DNA from: Dehalococcoidia bacterium
GTDB taxonomy: Bacteria; Chloroflexota; Dehalococcoidia; UBA6926
Assembly (NCBI GenBank): GCA_965214725.1
Contig: OZ243973.1
Coordinates: forward strand, 1,166,257 to 1,230,256
Length of the DNA stretch: 64,000 bases
Direction: 5' to 3'
The notes beneath the pieces were generated by a model. It was not told where the DNA came from, ran no database searches, and worked only from the letters and a program-made list of their open reading frames with translations. This document shows, piece after piece, positions 48,342-57,159 of the stretch; the stretch's first letter is position 1; the number at the start of each line of letters is the position of its first letter. The translations under genes and the position numbers were made by a program.

Positions 48342-50546
48342 TCAGTGGTCCTCAACCGGTTCAACGCGCACGTCCGGCAGCCAACGGAGGAAGCCGGGCA
48401 GGTACCAGTTTCGCGCGCCTAACATCTCCATGGTTGCCGGCACGAGGACAGACCGGACGAGCGTGGCATCCAGGAAGATGGCGACTGCAAGGCCAAAGCC
48501 GAAGACCTGATTGATGATTGACTGGCCGGAGGCGAATGCGCCAAAGACGACGACCATGATGAGGGCGGCGCCGGTGATCAAGCGTGCCGTCTCCCGCAGG
48601 CCGTAGCTGACGGATTGCCGGTTGTCTCCCGTCTGATCAAACCGTTCACGGATGCGGCTCAGCATGAAGACGTGATAGTCCATGGACAGGCCAAAGAGGA
48701 TGGAGAAGAGGAAAAGGGGGATCCAAATGTCAATGACCGGAGCCTCCTGGAATCCGAGCAGGTCTCGTCCGTAGCCCTTCTGAAAGACGAGCACCAGGAT
48801 GCCGTACGTGGTGCCGACGGACAGCAGATTCATGAAGACGGCCTTGATGGGGATGACGATGGAGCGGAACACCAGCATCAGGATGAGGAAGCTGATGCCA
48901 AGCACAAAGGCGAAGACGATGGGCGTGTACACCTCGAAAATCTCGAAGGTGTCCGCCACGCTGGCGGAAATCCCGCCAACGTAGACATCTGCGTCCACCC
49001 CTGCGAATGCCTCCGGGATAATCGTATCCCGGAGCTTGTTGACCGTGTCCACAGCCTCAGTGCCCTCGGACTCGCCTGGCAGCGCTACCTGAAGCAGGGC
49101 CAGATCATTGGCCTCATTCGTGGTCATGCGCGCGTCCAGCGGGAAATCAGGGTCTGCGTGTATGGCCGCCTGAAGGTTCTCAATCGCATCTGTCACGGCC
49201 GGGGAGCCAATGTCCCCATCAACCACAATCTCAGTGGGGTTGATGAGCCCGAACGGGAAATGCTCCTCCATCACGATGAAGGCTTCAAGAGTCTCGGCCC
49301 CTTCCGGGAGGGAGCGAATGCCTGTTAGGCCGGTCTCAATATCGAAATAGAAGTAAGTCGCGACCAGCATGGGCACACCAACGATGATGACGCTGACAAC
49401 GGGATAGCGCATGACGATGCCAGTGATGCGCTCCCAGAATCCATTCTCCGGGGCGCCGCGGTCCTCCTGCTCGCGCCCTCCAATCTTTGGGATCGACAGC
49501 ATGTTGATGCGCGTTCCCAAGAGGGCGATGACGGCGGGCAGGAGCGTCAGCGTGGCCGTTACCGCAACGGATACGACGAGTATCGCGCCGATGGCCAGCG
49601 ACTGGAAGAAACTGAAGGGGACCAAGAACATGCCCAGCAGGGCGACAACAACCGTCGTGCCGCTGAACAGGACGGTTCTACCCGCTGTCTCGCCTGAACG
49701 CACAACGGCCTCAAGCGGCGTCAGGCCTTTGGCCAACTCCTCCCGGAAGCGCGAGATGATGATGAGTGAGTAGTCGATTCCAACAGCTAGTCCAATCATC
49801 GTGATCATCAGCGTGACAAAGAAGACGAGCTCATAGACCTGACCGATCAGCGCGGCGATGCCGAGCGCGATGACGATGCAGACGAGTGACAGGCCGATGG
49901 GAACGAGGGCGGCGACAATGGCTCCGAATAACACCACGAGGGTGATGAGAGCGATGGGAACGCCGAAACGCTCCCCCTGTTGAAGGTCGTGCTCTGCGAT
50001 TTCGTTTCGCTCCAGCGAACTGCTGGCATCACCAATGACGAGCACCCGGAATCCGTTGTCCCCGTCCACTGCGTGAACAAGATCAAGGATGAGATGGATA
50101 TTGTCCTCCGCTTGTGCAAGATCGCCCGTCATGACGATCGGGATGAGCGTTGTACTCTTGTCCTCCGAGATGAGGACGTTGGCGTCCTGCGGGGAAACCG
50201 TTGCGAGCGCATAGTAATTGGCTGCCTGTGTGACAATATCCGGCCCGAGCGCGACGATCTCTTGTGTGAGTGACACCACGCGCTCTTGGAAGAGGGGATC
50301 ATCCACAGTCAGCGTGTCTGATTGAACAATCACCGACTCTGCGACGGGCCGAGGGCCGCGCAGTCGATCCTCAAGCAGCTGCTCCGCCCGCTCAGATTCG
50401 TAATTTGGGCCGAGCCGCAGTTCCGTTGTCGTCGCGCTGCCGAGGAGCTGTGCGCTCAAGGCTCCGCCAACAAGGACGGCCACCACCCACAACACAATTG
50501 TTATCCAAGGCCGTTGGCCGCACAGTTGGGCGAGTCGTCCTGTCAC
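48342..50546 (-). CDS. MMPL family transporter
   Basis: GLAVGIDYSL...RFREE, TAGRTVLFSG, FGLSMDYHVFMLSRIRE, DATLVRSVLVPA; GTG start estimated. Confidence 0.93.
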   Translation of the reverse strand: MTGRLAQLCGQRPWITIVLWVVAVLVGGALSAQLLGSATTTELRLGPNYESERAEQLLEDRLRGPRPVAESVIVQSDTLTVDDPLFQERVVSLTQEIVALGPDIVTQAANYYALATVSPQDANVLISEDKSTTLIPIVMTGDLAQAEDNIHLILDLVHAVDGDNGFRVLVIGDASSSLERNEIAEHDLQQGERFGVPIALITLVVLFGAIVAALVPIGLSLVCIVIALGIAALIGQVYELVFFVTLMITMIGLAVGIDYSLIIISRFREELAKGLTPLEAVVRSGETAGRTVLFSGTTVVVALLGMFLVPFSFFQSLAIGAILVVSVAVTATLTLLPAVIALLGTRINMLSIPKIGGREQEDRGAPENGFWERITGIVMRYPVVSVIIVGVPMLVATYFYFDIETGLTGIRSLPEGAETLEAFIVMEEHFPFGLINPTEIVVDGDIGSPAVTDAIENLQAAIHADPDFPLDARMTTNEANDLALLQVALPGESEGTEAVDTVNKLRDTIIPEAFAGVDADVYVGGISASVADTFEIFEVYTPIVFAFVLGISFLILMLVFRSIVIPIKAVFMNLLSVGTTYGILVLVFQKGYGRDLLGFQEAPVIDIWIPLFLFSILFGLSMDYHVFMLSRIRERFDQTGDNRQSVSYGLRETARLITGAALIMVVVFGAFASGQSIINQVFGFGLAVAIFLDATLVRSVLVPATMEMLGARNWYLPGFLRWLPDVRVEPVEDH

Positions 50547-50713
50547 TGAAGTGCACCCCGTCGATTGTCGGTATCTTGCTGACTTAACGCACGCCCTATT
50601 GTAGCCCGCTTGTGTCAAATCCTGTAGACATGGCGGGTAGACATCGCAGGTTTATCATTAAGGGGCTGTCAGGGTGGCAGCGTGATGTGCGCGGGAAACA
50701 GAAGGCCAAGGAG

Positions 50714-51820
50714 ATGATTGCTGCATTTCGCCCGGGCGCCGGCGCTCAGGGTCACTCACAGATCCTTCAGTCTCTGGATGAGAGGCGGCAGACCATCGTT
50801 ATGCGGTGGGCGCTCGCCAACAGGGGACGCGTCTCAGTCCCAACGCGGGATGCCCTCAACAGCGCGCTGAGCAGGAACGTGTCTGTGCGCGGTTTCAGTG
50901 AGGAGAGTGTGCCGGACGCGCCGCCCGTCATGCTGATTCAACCCCTCCGCAGCGCGGCGCTCGTGCGTGATACCGTCGCGCAGGCGGCGCTGGCAGTGTG
51001 GCAGGAATCGAAGCCCGAGCTGAGAGAGACTGTGTGGTCCGCCATCACGGAGGGGCGAAAAGGCGACGCGTTCGGCCCTGCCGATGCGCGCCTTGACGAC
51101 CTGCAGGCATCACTTGTGGCAGCGCACCCTCAATACCAGGCGGATGACATCAGGCTGATGCTCGCTCTCCTGCTCGAGGAAGAAGAGGATAGGGGAGAAG
51201 AGGATGAGGGAGCAGGAGAGGAGCAGCTCACAGAGGCGGGCGGCGACGCAGAGATACAGTATCTGCGCGGGATGGTGGAGGCGTTGCAGCGTGAGAATGA
51301 GCGCCTGCGGGCAGCGCAGAGTATCTCACACACCGTTGAAATCCCTGAGACGGCCGAGCCACCCGCCCTCGTTCCGCCGGACTTCCAAGACGTGGCGTCT
51401 GTGTTGGAATTTGTTGAGACGCGTTGGCCGAGCCAACTGAAACTCGCACTCAACCGCGCCTCAGACCCGTATACGTATTTTGATCAACCGGGGCAGCTGT
51501 ACAGCGCGCTGGAATGGCTAGCAACCACCTATCGCGATGCACGGACGGGCGAAAAAACCGTCACGAACTTGGATGTCTCGCTGTTCACGACGTGCGGCTG
51601 GCGATACCGCCCGTCGCAGCCCAACAGCGTCCCCGGCAGGTATAAGGCCGATTATCAGACCATCGATGACGGTACGACGTATATTCTCAAAGAGCATATC
51701 GGCCGCGGGACGGGACGTGTGGCAGGGCAGATTCGCGTCGCTTTTGTGTGGGATGAGGAACGGGAGATTGTGATCGTCGGCTATGTGGGCCGTCACCAAC
51801 GGGGGATTGGCGAACGCTGA
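50714..51820 (+). CDS. Hypothetical protein: coiled coil plus C-terminal putative RNase-like domain
   Basis: Long ORF with AAGGAG RBS; C-terminal LKEHIGRG...IRVAF.WD...VGYVGRH. Confidence 0.6.
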   Translation: MIAAFRPGAGAQGHSQILQSLDERRQTIVMRWALANRGRVSVPTRDALNSALSRNVSVRGFSEESVPDAPPVMLIQPLRSAALVRDTVAQAALAVWQESKPELRETVWSAITEGRKGDAFGPADARLDDLQASLVAAHPQYQADDIRLMLALLLEEEEDRGEEDEGAGEEQLTEAGGDAEIQYLRGMVEALQRENERLRAAQSISHTVEIPETAEPPALVPPDFQDVASVLEFVETRWPSQLKLALNRASDPYTYFDQPGQLYSALEWLATTYRDARTGEKTVTNLDVSLFTTCGWRYRPSQPNSVPGRYKADYQTIDDGTTYILKEHIGRGTGRVAGQIRVAFVWDEEREIVIVGYVGRHQRGIGER

Positions 51821-51881
51821 TTGACCGCAGGGCGGGGCGGGTTTAACATAAACCTCACTGTTTGGGGAGGGGGATAAGACT

Positions 51882-53012
51882 ATGGATCGATTGAACACAC
51901 CGCTCACAGAGTTGCTCGGAATCAAGTACCCGGTACTGCTTGCGGGCATGTCGCTTGGCATGGATGAACGCATGCCGAGCCCGCCACGCCTTGCCGCCGC
52001 AGTGACGGAGGCGGGCGGCCTTGGCGTGATGGGCTGCGGCAGCCGCAAGCCGGACACGATTGATAGGTGCATCCGTGAGTTCAAGGAGCTGTCGAGCGGG
52101 CCGCTCGGCATCGACCTGTTGCTGCCGGCAACGATGGCGGAAATGGGAACGCAGGACACCAAGTCGATGGTGCGCGAACGGCTGGAGAAAGACCATCCGC
52201 AGCACGTCGGCTTTGTTCGCGAGTTGATGCAGGAACACAACCTGCCGGATGTCGCGCTTGCCGATGATGAAGCGGAGGCGATGTCACCGGACCTCCTGCG
52301 CCGCCAGTTTGAGGTTGTCGCGGACCACAACGTGCCCGTCTTTGTGGCCGGACTGGGTGACCCCGCCATGATTATGGAGGTGGCGCGCGCGCACGGAATG
52401 AAGGTTGGCGGTGTTGTTGGAGCGGTGCGCCATGCACAGCGGCAGAGGGCCGCGGGCGTTGATTTCATGATTGCGCAGGGTACGGAGGCCGGCGGCCACA
52501 CCGGAAACATCGCGACATTCCCGCTCGTCCCGCAGGTTGCAGAAACCGTCGCGCCAACACCGGTGCTCGCCGCGGGCGGCGTCGGTTCCGGCAGGCACAT
52601 CGCTGCCGCTCTGGCGTTGGGCGCGCAGGGTGTGTGGGTCGGCTCCGCATTCCTCGTCGCTGAGGAGAATGCGATACCTGTCGAGCACCAGGAGCAGATC
52701 GTCGGCTCGCGGTCAGAGGATTTTACGCTAACAAAGTACAACACCGGCAAACAGTCACGCAGTTACCGGACACCCGTGAAAGAGGCATGGGCGCAGTCAG
52801 GCTTGGAGGCGCTGCCCATGCCGCTGCAGGGGATCCTGATGGAGCCGCTGTACGCTGGGGCACGCAGGGCCGGCCGCTTGGACATCGACGCGGCGAGCGC
52901 AGGGCAAGTTGGCGGAATGCTCACCGCTCGCCGCCCCGCGCGTGACATTCTGCTTGATATGGTCAATGAGGCTGAGGAGACGATTGAGCGCATGCAGGGT
53001 AACCTGCGGTAA
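51882..53012 (+). CDS. Nitronate monooxygenase / FabK family flavoenzyme
   Basis: LGIKYPVLLAGM, AQGTEAGGHTG, VLAAGG, GVWVGSAF, GQVGG. Confidence 0.9.
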   Translation: MDRLNTPLTELLGIKYPVLLAGMSLGMDERMPSPPRLAAAVTEAGGLGVMGCGSRKPDTIDRCIREFKELSSGPLGIDLLLPATMAEMGTQDTKSMVRERLEKDHPQHVGFVRELMQEHNLPDVALADDEAEAMSPDLLRRQFEVVADHNVPVFVAGLGDPAMIMEVARAHGMKVGGVVGAVRHAQRQRAAGVDFMIAQGTEAGGHTGNIATFPLVPQVAETVAPTPVLAAGGVGSGRHIAAALALGAQGVWVGSAFLVAEENAIPVEHQEQIVGSRSEDFTLTKYNTGKQSRSYRTPVKEAWAQSGLEALPMPLQGILMEPLYAGARRAGRLDIDAASAGQVGGMLTARRPARDILLDMVNEAEETIERMQGNLR

Positions 53013-53058
53013 GAATGGCAGGAATGAACAGTAAGCGAGAGGGATAGGGGAGGAAGCG

Positions 53059-54192
53059 ATGGCAAACAGGCTTTATACGCCGCTGTGTGACATGCTCGGG
53101 ATGGAATACCCGATACTCCTGGCCGGGATGGCCGTCGGAGGAACTCAGGAACTTGCGCCGACACCCGTCGATATGGTGGCCGCAATCACCAATGCCGGCG
53201 CGCTTGGCGTGCTTGGCGACAATTTCCGCAATCTTGATGAGATGGATGAGGGCATCACCCGCTTGAAGTCGCTTGTGGGCGACAAGCCGTATGGGGTGGA
53301 TTTCCTTGTGCCGGCGACGCGCGCTGAGGTGACCGCCACAAGCAACAAGGAACTCTATGCTCAGGTGGCCCCGCAATATCCGCAGCATGTCGCCCTCGTT
53401 CAGGAGCTGATTGAGGAGTACGGATTTGATGCGGAGGACCCGTCTGAGGGCGAGCCGATGTCGACGGAGCTGCTCCGAAAGAAGTTTGAGATTGTCCTGG
53501 ATCATAAGGTGCCGCTTTTCGCTGCGGCGACGGGCGAGCCGCCGGAGTGGTTCGCTCAGCAGGCGCATCAGCAGGGCATGAAGCTCATCGGCATGACGGG
53601 CGCGGTGCGCCACGCCCAGCGGCAAGTGGCGGCGGACGTGGATATCATCACCGCGCAGGGCACGGAGGCGGGCGGCCACACGGGCAACATCTCGACATTC
53701 GTGCTCGTGCCGCAGGTTGTTGATGAGGTATCGCCGCGGCCTGTTCTGGCGGCGGGCGGCATCGGGACCGGCCGGCACGTGGCGGCCGCGCTCGCTCTGG
53801 GCGCGCAGGGCTGCTGGGTTGGCACCGCCTTCCTGGTGGCTGAAGAGAACAACATCCCGGACGCGCACAAAGACCAGATCCTCGGGGCGCGCTCGGACGA
53901 ATTCACAACGAGCAAGTTCTCATCCGGCAAGCAGCAGCGTGCGTATCAGAACGCCGTCAAGATCAGGTGGGCGGCCTCCGGGCTGGAGGCGCTGCCGATG
54001 CCGCTGCAGGGCCTGATTCAGGAGCCGTTCACGCGTGCGGCGCGCAAGGCGGGCAGGCTTGATCTGATCGGCAACCCGTCCGGCCAGATTGGCGGCATGC
54101 TGAAAGAGCGCAAGCCGGCGCGGCAGATCCTCATGGAGATGGTCAACGAGGCCGAAGAGGTCATCGACCAACTACAAGGCAATTTGCGGTAA
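53059..54192 (+). CDS. Nitronate monooxygenase / FabK family flavoenzyme (tandem paralog)
   Basis: Same motifs; both paralogs end in QGNLR. Confidence 0.9.
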   Translation: MANRLYTPLCDMLGMEYPILLAGMAVGGTQELAPTPVDMVAAITNAGALGVLGDNFRNLDEMDEGITRLKSLVGDKPYGVDFLVPATRAEVTATSNKELYAQVAPQYPQHVALVQELIEEYGFDAEDPSEGEPMSTELLRKKFEIVLDHKVPLFAAATGEPPEWFAQQAHQQGMKLIGMTGAVRHAQRQVAADVDIITAQGTEAGGHTGNISTFVLVPQVVDEVSPRPVLAAGGIGTGRHVAAALALGAQGCWVGTAFLVAEENNIPDAHKDQILGARSDEFTTSKFSSGKQQRAYQNAVKIRWAASGLEALPMPLQGLIQEPFTRAARKAGRLDLIGNPSGQIGGMLKERKPARQILMEMVNEAEEVIDQLQGNLR

Positions 54193-54227
54193 GGCAATAG
54201 CCCCGCGCCGCATGTGAGGCAAGAATG

Positions 54228-54268
54228 ACTGCGCCGCTCAGCATCCGCTGAGCGGCGCAGTGGTTTTT
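54228..54268 (+). terminator. Rho-independent terminator
   Basis: actgcgccgctcagc-atcc-gctgagcggcgcagt followed by ggttttt. Confidence 0.85.
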
Positions 54269-54290
54269 GTGTGCAAGACGAGCAGACTAA

Positions 54291-54432
54291 AGAGGGATTG
54301 GCCGGGTTACTCTGGTTCGGCTGGAAAACGGTGAGCAACCCCACAGATTCGCCACTCTGCGCGCCTTGGCCCAAGCTTTGGGCGGCTCAAGTTCTGGGCG
54401 TTGACATCAACGCGCTGCTGGTGGGCCGTTAG
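54291..54432 (+). pseudogene. XRE-family HTH remnant
   Basis: GIGRVTLVRLENGEQPHRFATLRALAQALG, then a frameshift caused by an imperfect 16-bp duplication, then AQVLGVDINALLVGR*; in-frame TAA just upstream and no start codon. Confidence 0.6.
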
Positions 54433-54443
54433 CGGCCCTGGGA

Positions 54444-54803
54444 TCACACGCGGAACGGCCCGGGTTCACGCCTCAGGCGCTCGTTGGGCATGTCAACGAC
54501 GAGCTCAAGCTCTTGAAGCGTCATCGCGCCGAGCAGCGGCTGGCAGCCCGCCGGGCCAAAGATGACCTGCGTGGGCGCGCTCACCCCATTGAGCGTGATG
54601 GTCGCCGCACCAACGGTCATCTCAATGACGCGGCCGTCCGCCATCTCGAATTGTCCATCACGGAGAACCCGAGCGCCAATCCCGTGCAGGATGTCTGCTG
54701 GCAGCATCGTAAAGCGGGATCCGGTGTCGACTAACGCGTCAACATCATGCCCGTTCTCACCGTCGAGGTTAGAAACCGTCATCCGGACTTCAAACATTCC
54801 CAT
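54444..54803 (-). CDS. Small clan AA aspartyl protease-like protein
   Basis: ALVDTGSRFT, PLLGAMTLQE. Confidence 0.85.
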   Translation of the reverse strand: MGMFEVRMTVSNLDGENGHDVDALVDTGSRFTMLPADILHGIGARVLRDGQFEMADGRVIEMTVGAATITLNGVSAPTQVIFGPAGCQPLLGAMTLQELELVVDMPNERLRREPGPFRV

Positions 54804-54868
54804 GGTGTTAGTATATCGCCCGTTTGGCGTTTGTATTGACGCGATGGAAGGGGGGCTAGAAGCCCACC

Positions 54869-55228
54869 CTACACGCGGAACGGCCCGGGTTCGCGCCTCA
54901 GGCGCTCGTTGGGCATGTCAATGACGAGCTCCAGTTCCTGAAGCGTCATCGCGCCGAGCAGCGGCTGGCAGCCCTCCGGGCCAAAGATGACGAATGTCGG
55001 CCCGTCCATGCCGTTGATAGCAACGCGCGCCTCGCCGACGTCCATCTCGACGACACGGCCGTCCGCCATCTCGAACTGTCTTCTCCACTGGACCGGCGTT
55101 CCCATCTCACGCAGCACATCGGATGGCAACATTGTCCGCCGCGATCCTGTGTCCACAAGGGCATCGAGTTCCCGCGGATTCTCACCGGACATCGTAGAGA
55201 CGGTCATGCGTACTTCAAAGGCTCCCAT
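54869..55228 (-). CDS. Small clan AA aspartyl protease-like protein (tandem copy)
   Basis: ALVDTGSRRT, PLLGAMTLQE; C-terminus nearly identical to neighbour. Confidence 0.85.
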   Translation of the reverse strand: MGAFEVRMTVSTMSGENPRELDALVDTGSRRTMLPSDVLREMGTPVQWRRQFEMADGRVVEMDVGEARVAINGMDGPTFVIFGPEGCQPLLGAMTLQELELVIDMPNERLRREPGPFRV

Positions 55229-55302
55229 AACGTTAGTATATCGCGCATTTGGCGTTTGTATTGTCGCGGTACGGGTGGGCCGTTAGCCTCATCACCGCCC
55301 GT

Positions 55303-55785
55303 CTACATACGCTCCAGGCCTTGGGCGATCTTGTCGCGTGCGCTGAGTGACGCCGTGCCGTCATTGGCGCCTCGCGGCGGCGCGCCCGCCGGGATGACGG
55401 CCCCCGCTTGCTCAGTGTCCTGCGTTGCCGATCCCATCCCCTCCAGGAGCCGCGTCCGAACCTGCTCGACAACCCCGCGCGCCTTCTCGAGCGAGGCCTC
55501 CAGAGCCTCGGCCGTTTCGCCGTTCACCAGATCACCCGGCACGTCAGGCGCGGCGTCCAGAAGCGCGAGTCGGTAGCGTGCAACCGTCGATGAGAGTTCT
55601 CGTTCCAGCTGGATGACGTTCTCCTCCAGCCCGGAGACACGTTCGTCACGCGATGCCAGTTCTGCCTGCAACGCGGCGACGCTCGGCTGCTCGTCCGTTT
55701 CAGCGGTGTGCTGCGTGTGTGTACCGGTATCGCGGCGCTCCGGTTCCTCGGCGATGCTGGTTGGCTCCTGCTCCTGCATTGTCAT
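55303..55785 (-). CDS. Coiled-coil hypothetical protein, phage scaffold-like
   Basis: AAGGAG RBS; acidic N-terminus, coiled coil, IPAGAPPR...LSARDKI C-terminus. Confidence 0.6.
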   Translation of the reverse strand: MTMQEQEPTSIAEEPERRDTGTHTQHTAETDEQPSVAALQAELASRDERVSGLEENVIQLERELSSTVARYRLALLDAAPDVPGDLVNGETAEALEASLEKARGVVEQVRTRLLEGMGSATQDTEQAGAVIPAGAPPRGANDGTASLSARDKIAQGLERM

Positions 55786-55939
55786 TGATTGCTCTCCTTT
55801 TCCAATTTCGCGGGGTGCTGTTCTCTAGTGGTTTGTATCGCGCCGACGGCACATGGCGCAAACGGATGTGTCACATGCGCGGGCCGTGGAGAGGGGCGGA
55901 AAGGGTTAAGGGGCGAATTGGGACAGAGGCAGGCTGGGG

Positions 55940-56671
55940 TTACGGGGAGACGGGGAAGGACGTTACGGTGATGGAGCGATCGCCGTTCTGATTTGAGAAC
56001 TCGACGATGGATGACAGCCCCACCCACGTGGGAGAGCCCGGATAATAGGCCACCACGTCGCCGGCGCTGATATCCATGTGCGCGTCCCAGTGGCCGAGCG
56101 CGACGTAGTCGCGCCCACAGTTGGCTATCTCCTCCGGGTAGATGGGGTACGAGCGTCCCGCGTCTGCCTGGTCTCTCACATAATGTCCGTGCCCGATGGC
56201 AATCTGCCAGGGTTCCGGACCGCGCGGCGGCGGCTCCTTCAGCGGGTAGAGCGATACATCATCATAGCTGACATGCGGCTTGCCCCAGACGGCGAGGCCA
56301 AGCTCAGGGTAGGTGACGGTCTCGCCCTCCGGGTCCTTTATCAGGTAGACGTTGGGGGTGCGTCCCTCCAGGTCCATGCGCCAATAGACGGAGTTCTTAT
56401 CAAGCGGATCATGGTTGCCGGGCAGGATGACCGTCGGCATGGGGAGGCGTTCAAGCTGTTCCATCACATAATCGGTCACATCCGCTCTGATGCGGTTGTG
56501 ATCGAAAAAATCACCGGCGATGAGGACGGCGTCCACCTTCTCCTCAAGCGCACGGTCCACAACAATCTTGAAGGCGTGGAGGCACTTGCGCGGCTGTGGC
56601 GACCACCGTTCAGTGAACGCGCCGATATGCACGTCTGATGTGTGGAGGATGCGGATCGTGTCTCTGGACAT
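55940..56671 (-). CDS. Metallophosphoesterase (SbcD/Mre11-like)
   Basis: LHTSDVHIG, AGDFFD, PGNHD, HGH, YVALGHWD, YPGSP. Confidence 0.88.
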   Translation of the reverse strand: MSRDTIRILHTSDVHIGAFTERWSPQPRKCLHAFKIVVDRALEEKVDAVLIAGDFFDHNRIRADVTDYVMEQLERLPMPTVILPGNHDPLDKNSVYWRMDLEGRTPNVYLIKDPEGETVTYPELGLAVWGKPHVSYDDVSLYPLKEPPPRGPEPWQIAIGHGHYVRDQADAGRSYPIYPEEIANCGRDYVALGHWDAHMDISAGDVVAYYPGSPTWVGLSSIVEFSNQNGDRSITVTSFPVSP

Positions 56672-56717
56672 CTGATTTCGGGGATAGAGTTAGTGTATTG
56701 CCGCGTTGTTGTCTGTG

Positions 56718-56804
56718 TGGTGCCGGGGGCGGGACTCGAACCCACACTCCTTTTTGGGGAAGCGGATTTTAAGTCCGCCGCGTCTGCCATTCCGCCACCC
56801 CGGC
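56718..56804 (-). tRNA. tRNA-Leu(TAA)
   Basis: Reverse complement GCCGGGGTGGCGGAATGGCAGACGCGGCGGACTTAAAATCCGC...GGTTCGAGTCCCGCCCCCGGCACCA with long variable arm. Confidence 0.96.
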
Positions 56805-56874
56805 ACGTGAATCCACTCACATAACCGGGGAGTCCCGTCTGCGTAGATCGGCGGCATATCCATCCGGTTGCTCG

Positions 56875-57138
56875 TCAGGCCGCCTGAGCCTTGTTCAGCA
56901 TCTGGGCGAGTCTGCTCTTGCGCCGGTCTGCATTCCTGCCGTGCAATGACTTTCCCTTTGCGCGGTCAAGCTCAACAATAGCCCGTTGCACGCTGTCAGA
57001 CGCATCCGGCGCGTTATCCGCGATGGCCTCACGCGCGCGCCGAATCAGCGTCCGGATTGTCCGGTTGCGGTGACGATTCACCTCGCGCTTCTTGATTGAC
57101 CGTCGATGCGCCTTCTCAGCCGAGATTCCCTTTGCCAC
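56875..57138 (-). CDS. rpsT: 30S ribosomal protein S20
   Basis: SAEKAHR.S.K.R..NR, LDRA..K.LH.RNADRRKSRL. Confidence 0.92.
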   Translation of the reverse strand: MAKGISAEKAHRRSIKKREVNRHRNRTIRTLIRRAREAIADNAPDASDSVQRAIVELDRAKGKSLHGRNADRRKSRLAQMLNKAQAA

Positions 57139-57159
57139 GTTTCCCGTACTCCTTGCCGT

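Noticed and set aside
51882-54192. Novel system from tandem nitronate monooxygenase paralogs
   Set aside because: Ordinary diverged paralog duplication with no further signal.
46908-56804. Genomic island or prophage integrated at tRNA-Val or tRNA-Leu
   Set aside because: No integrase, and I saw no duplicated tRNA 3' end in the window.
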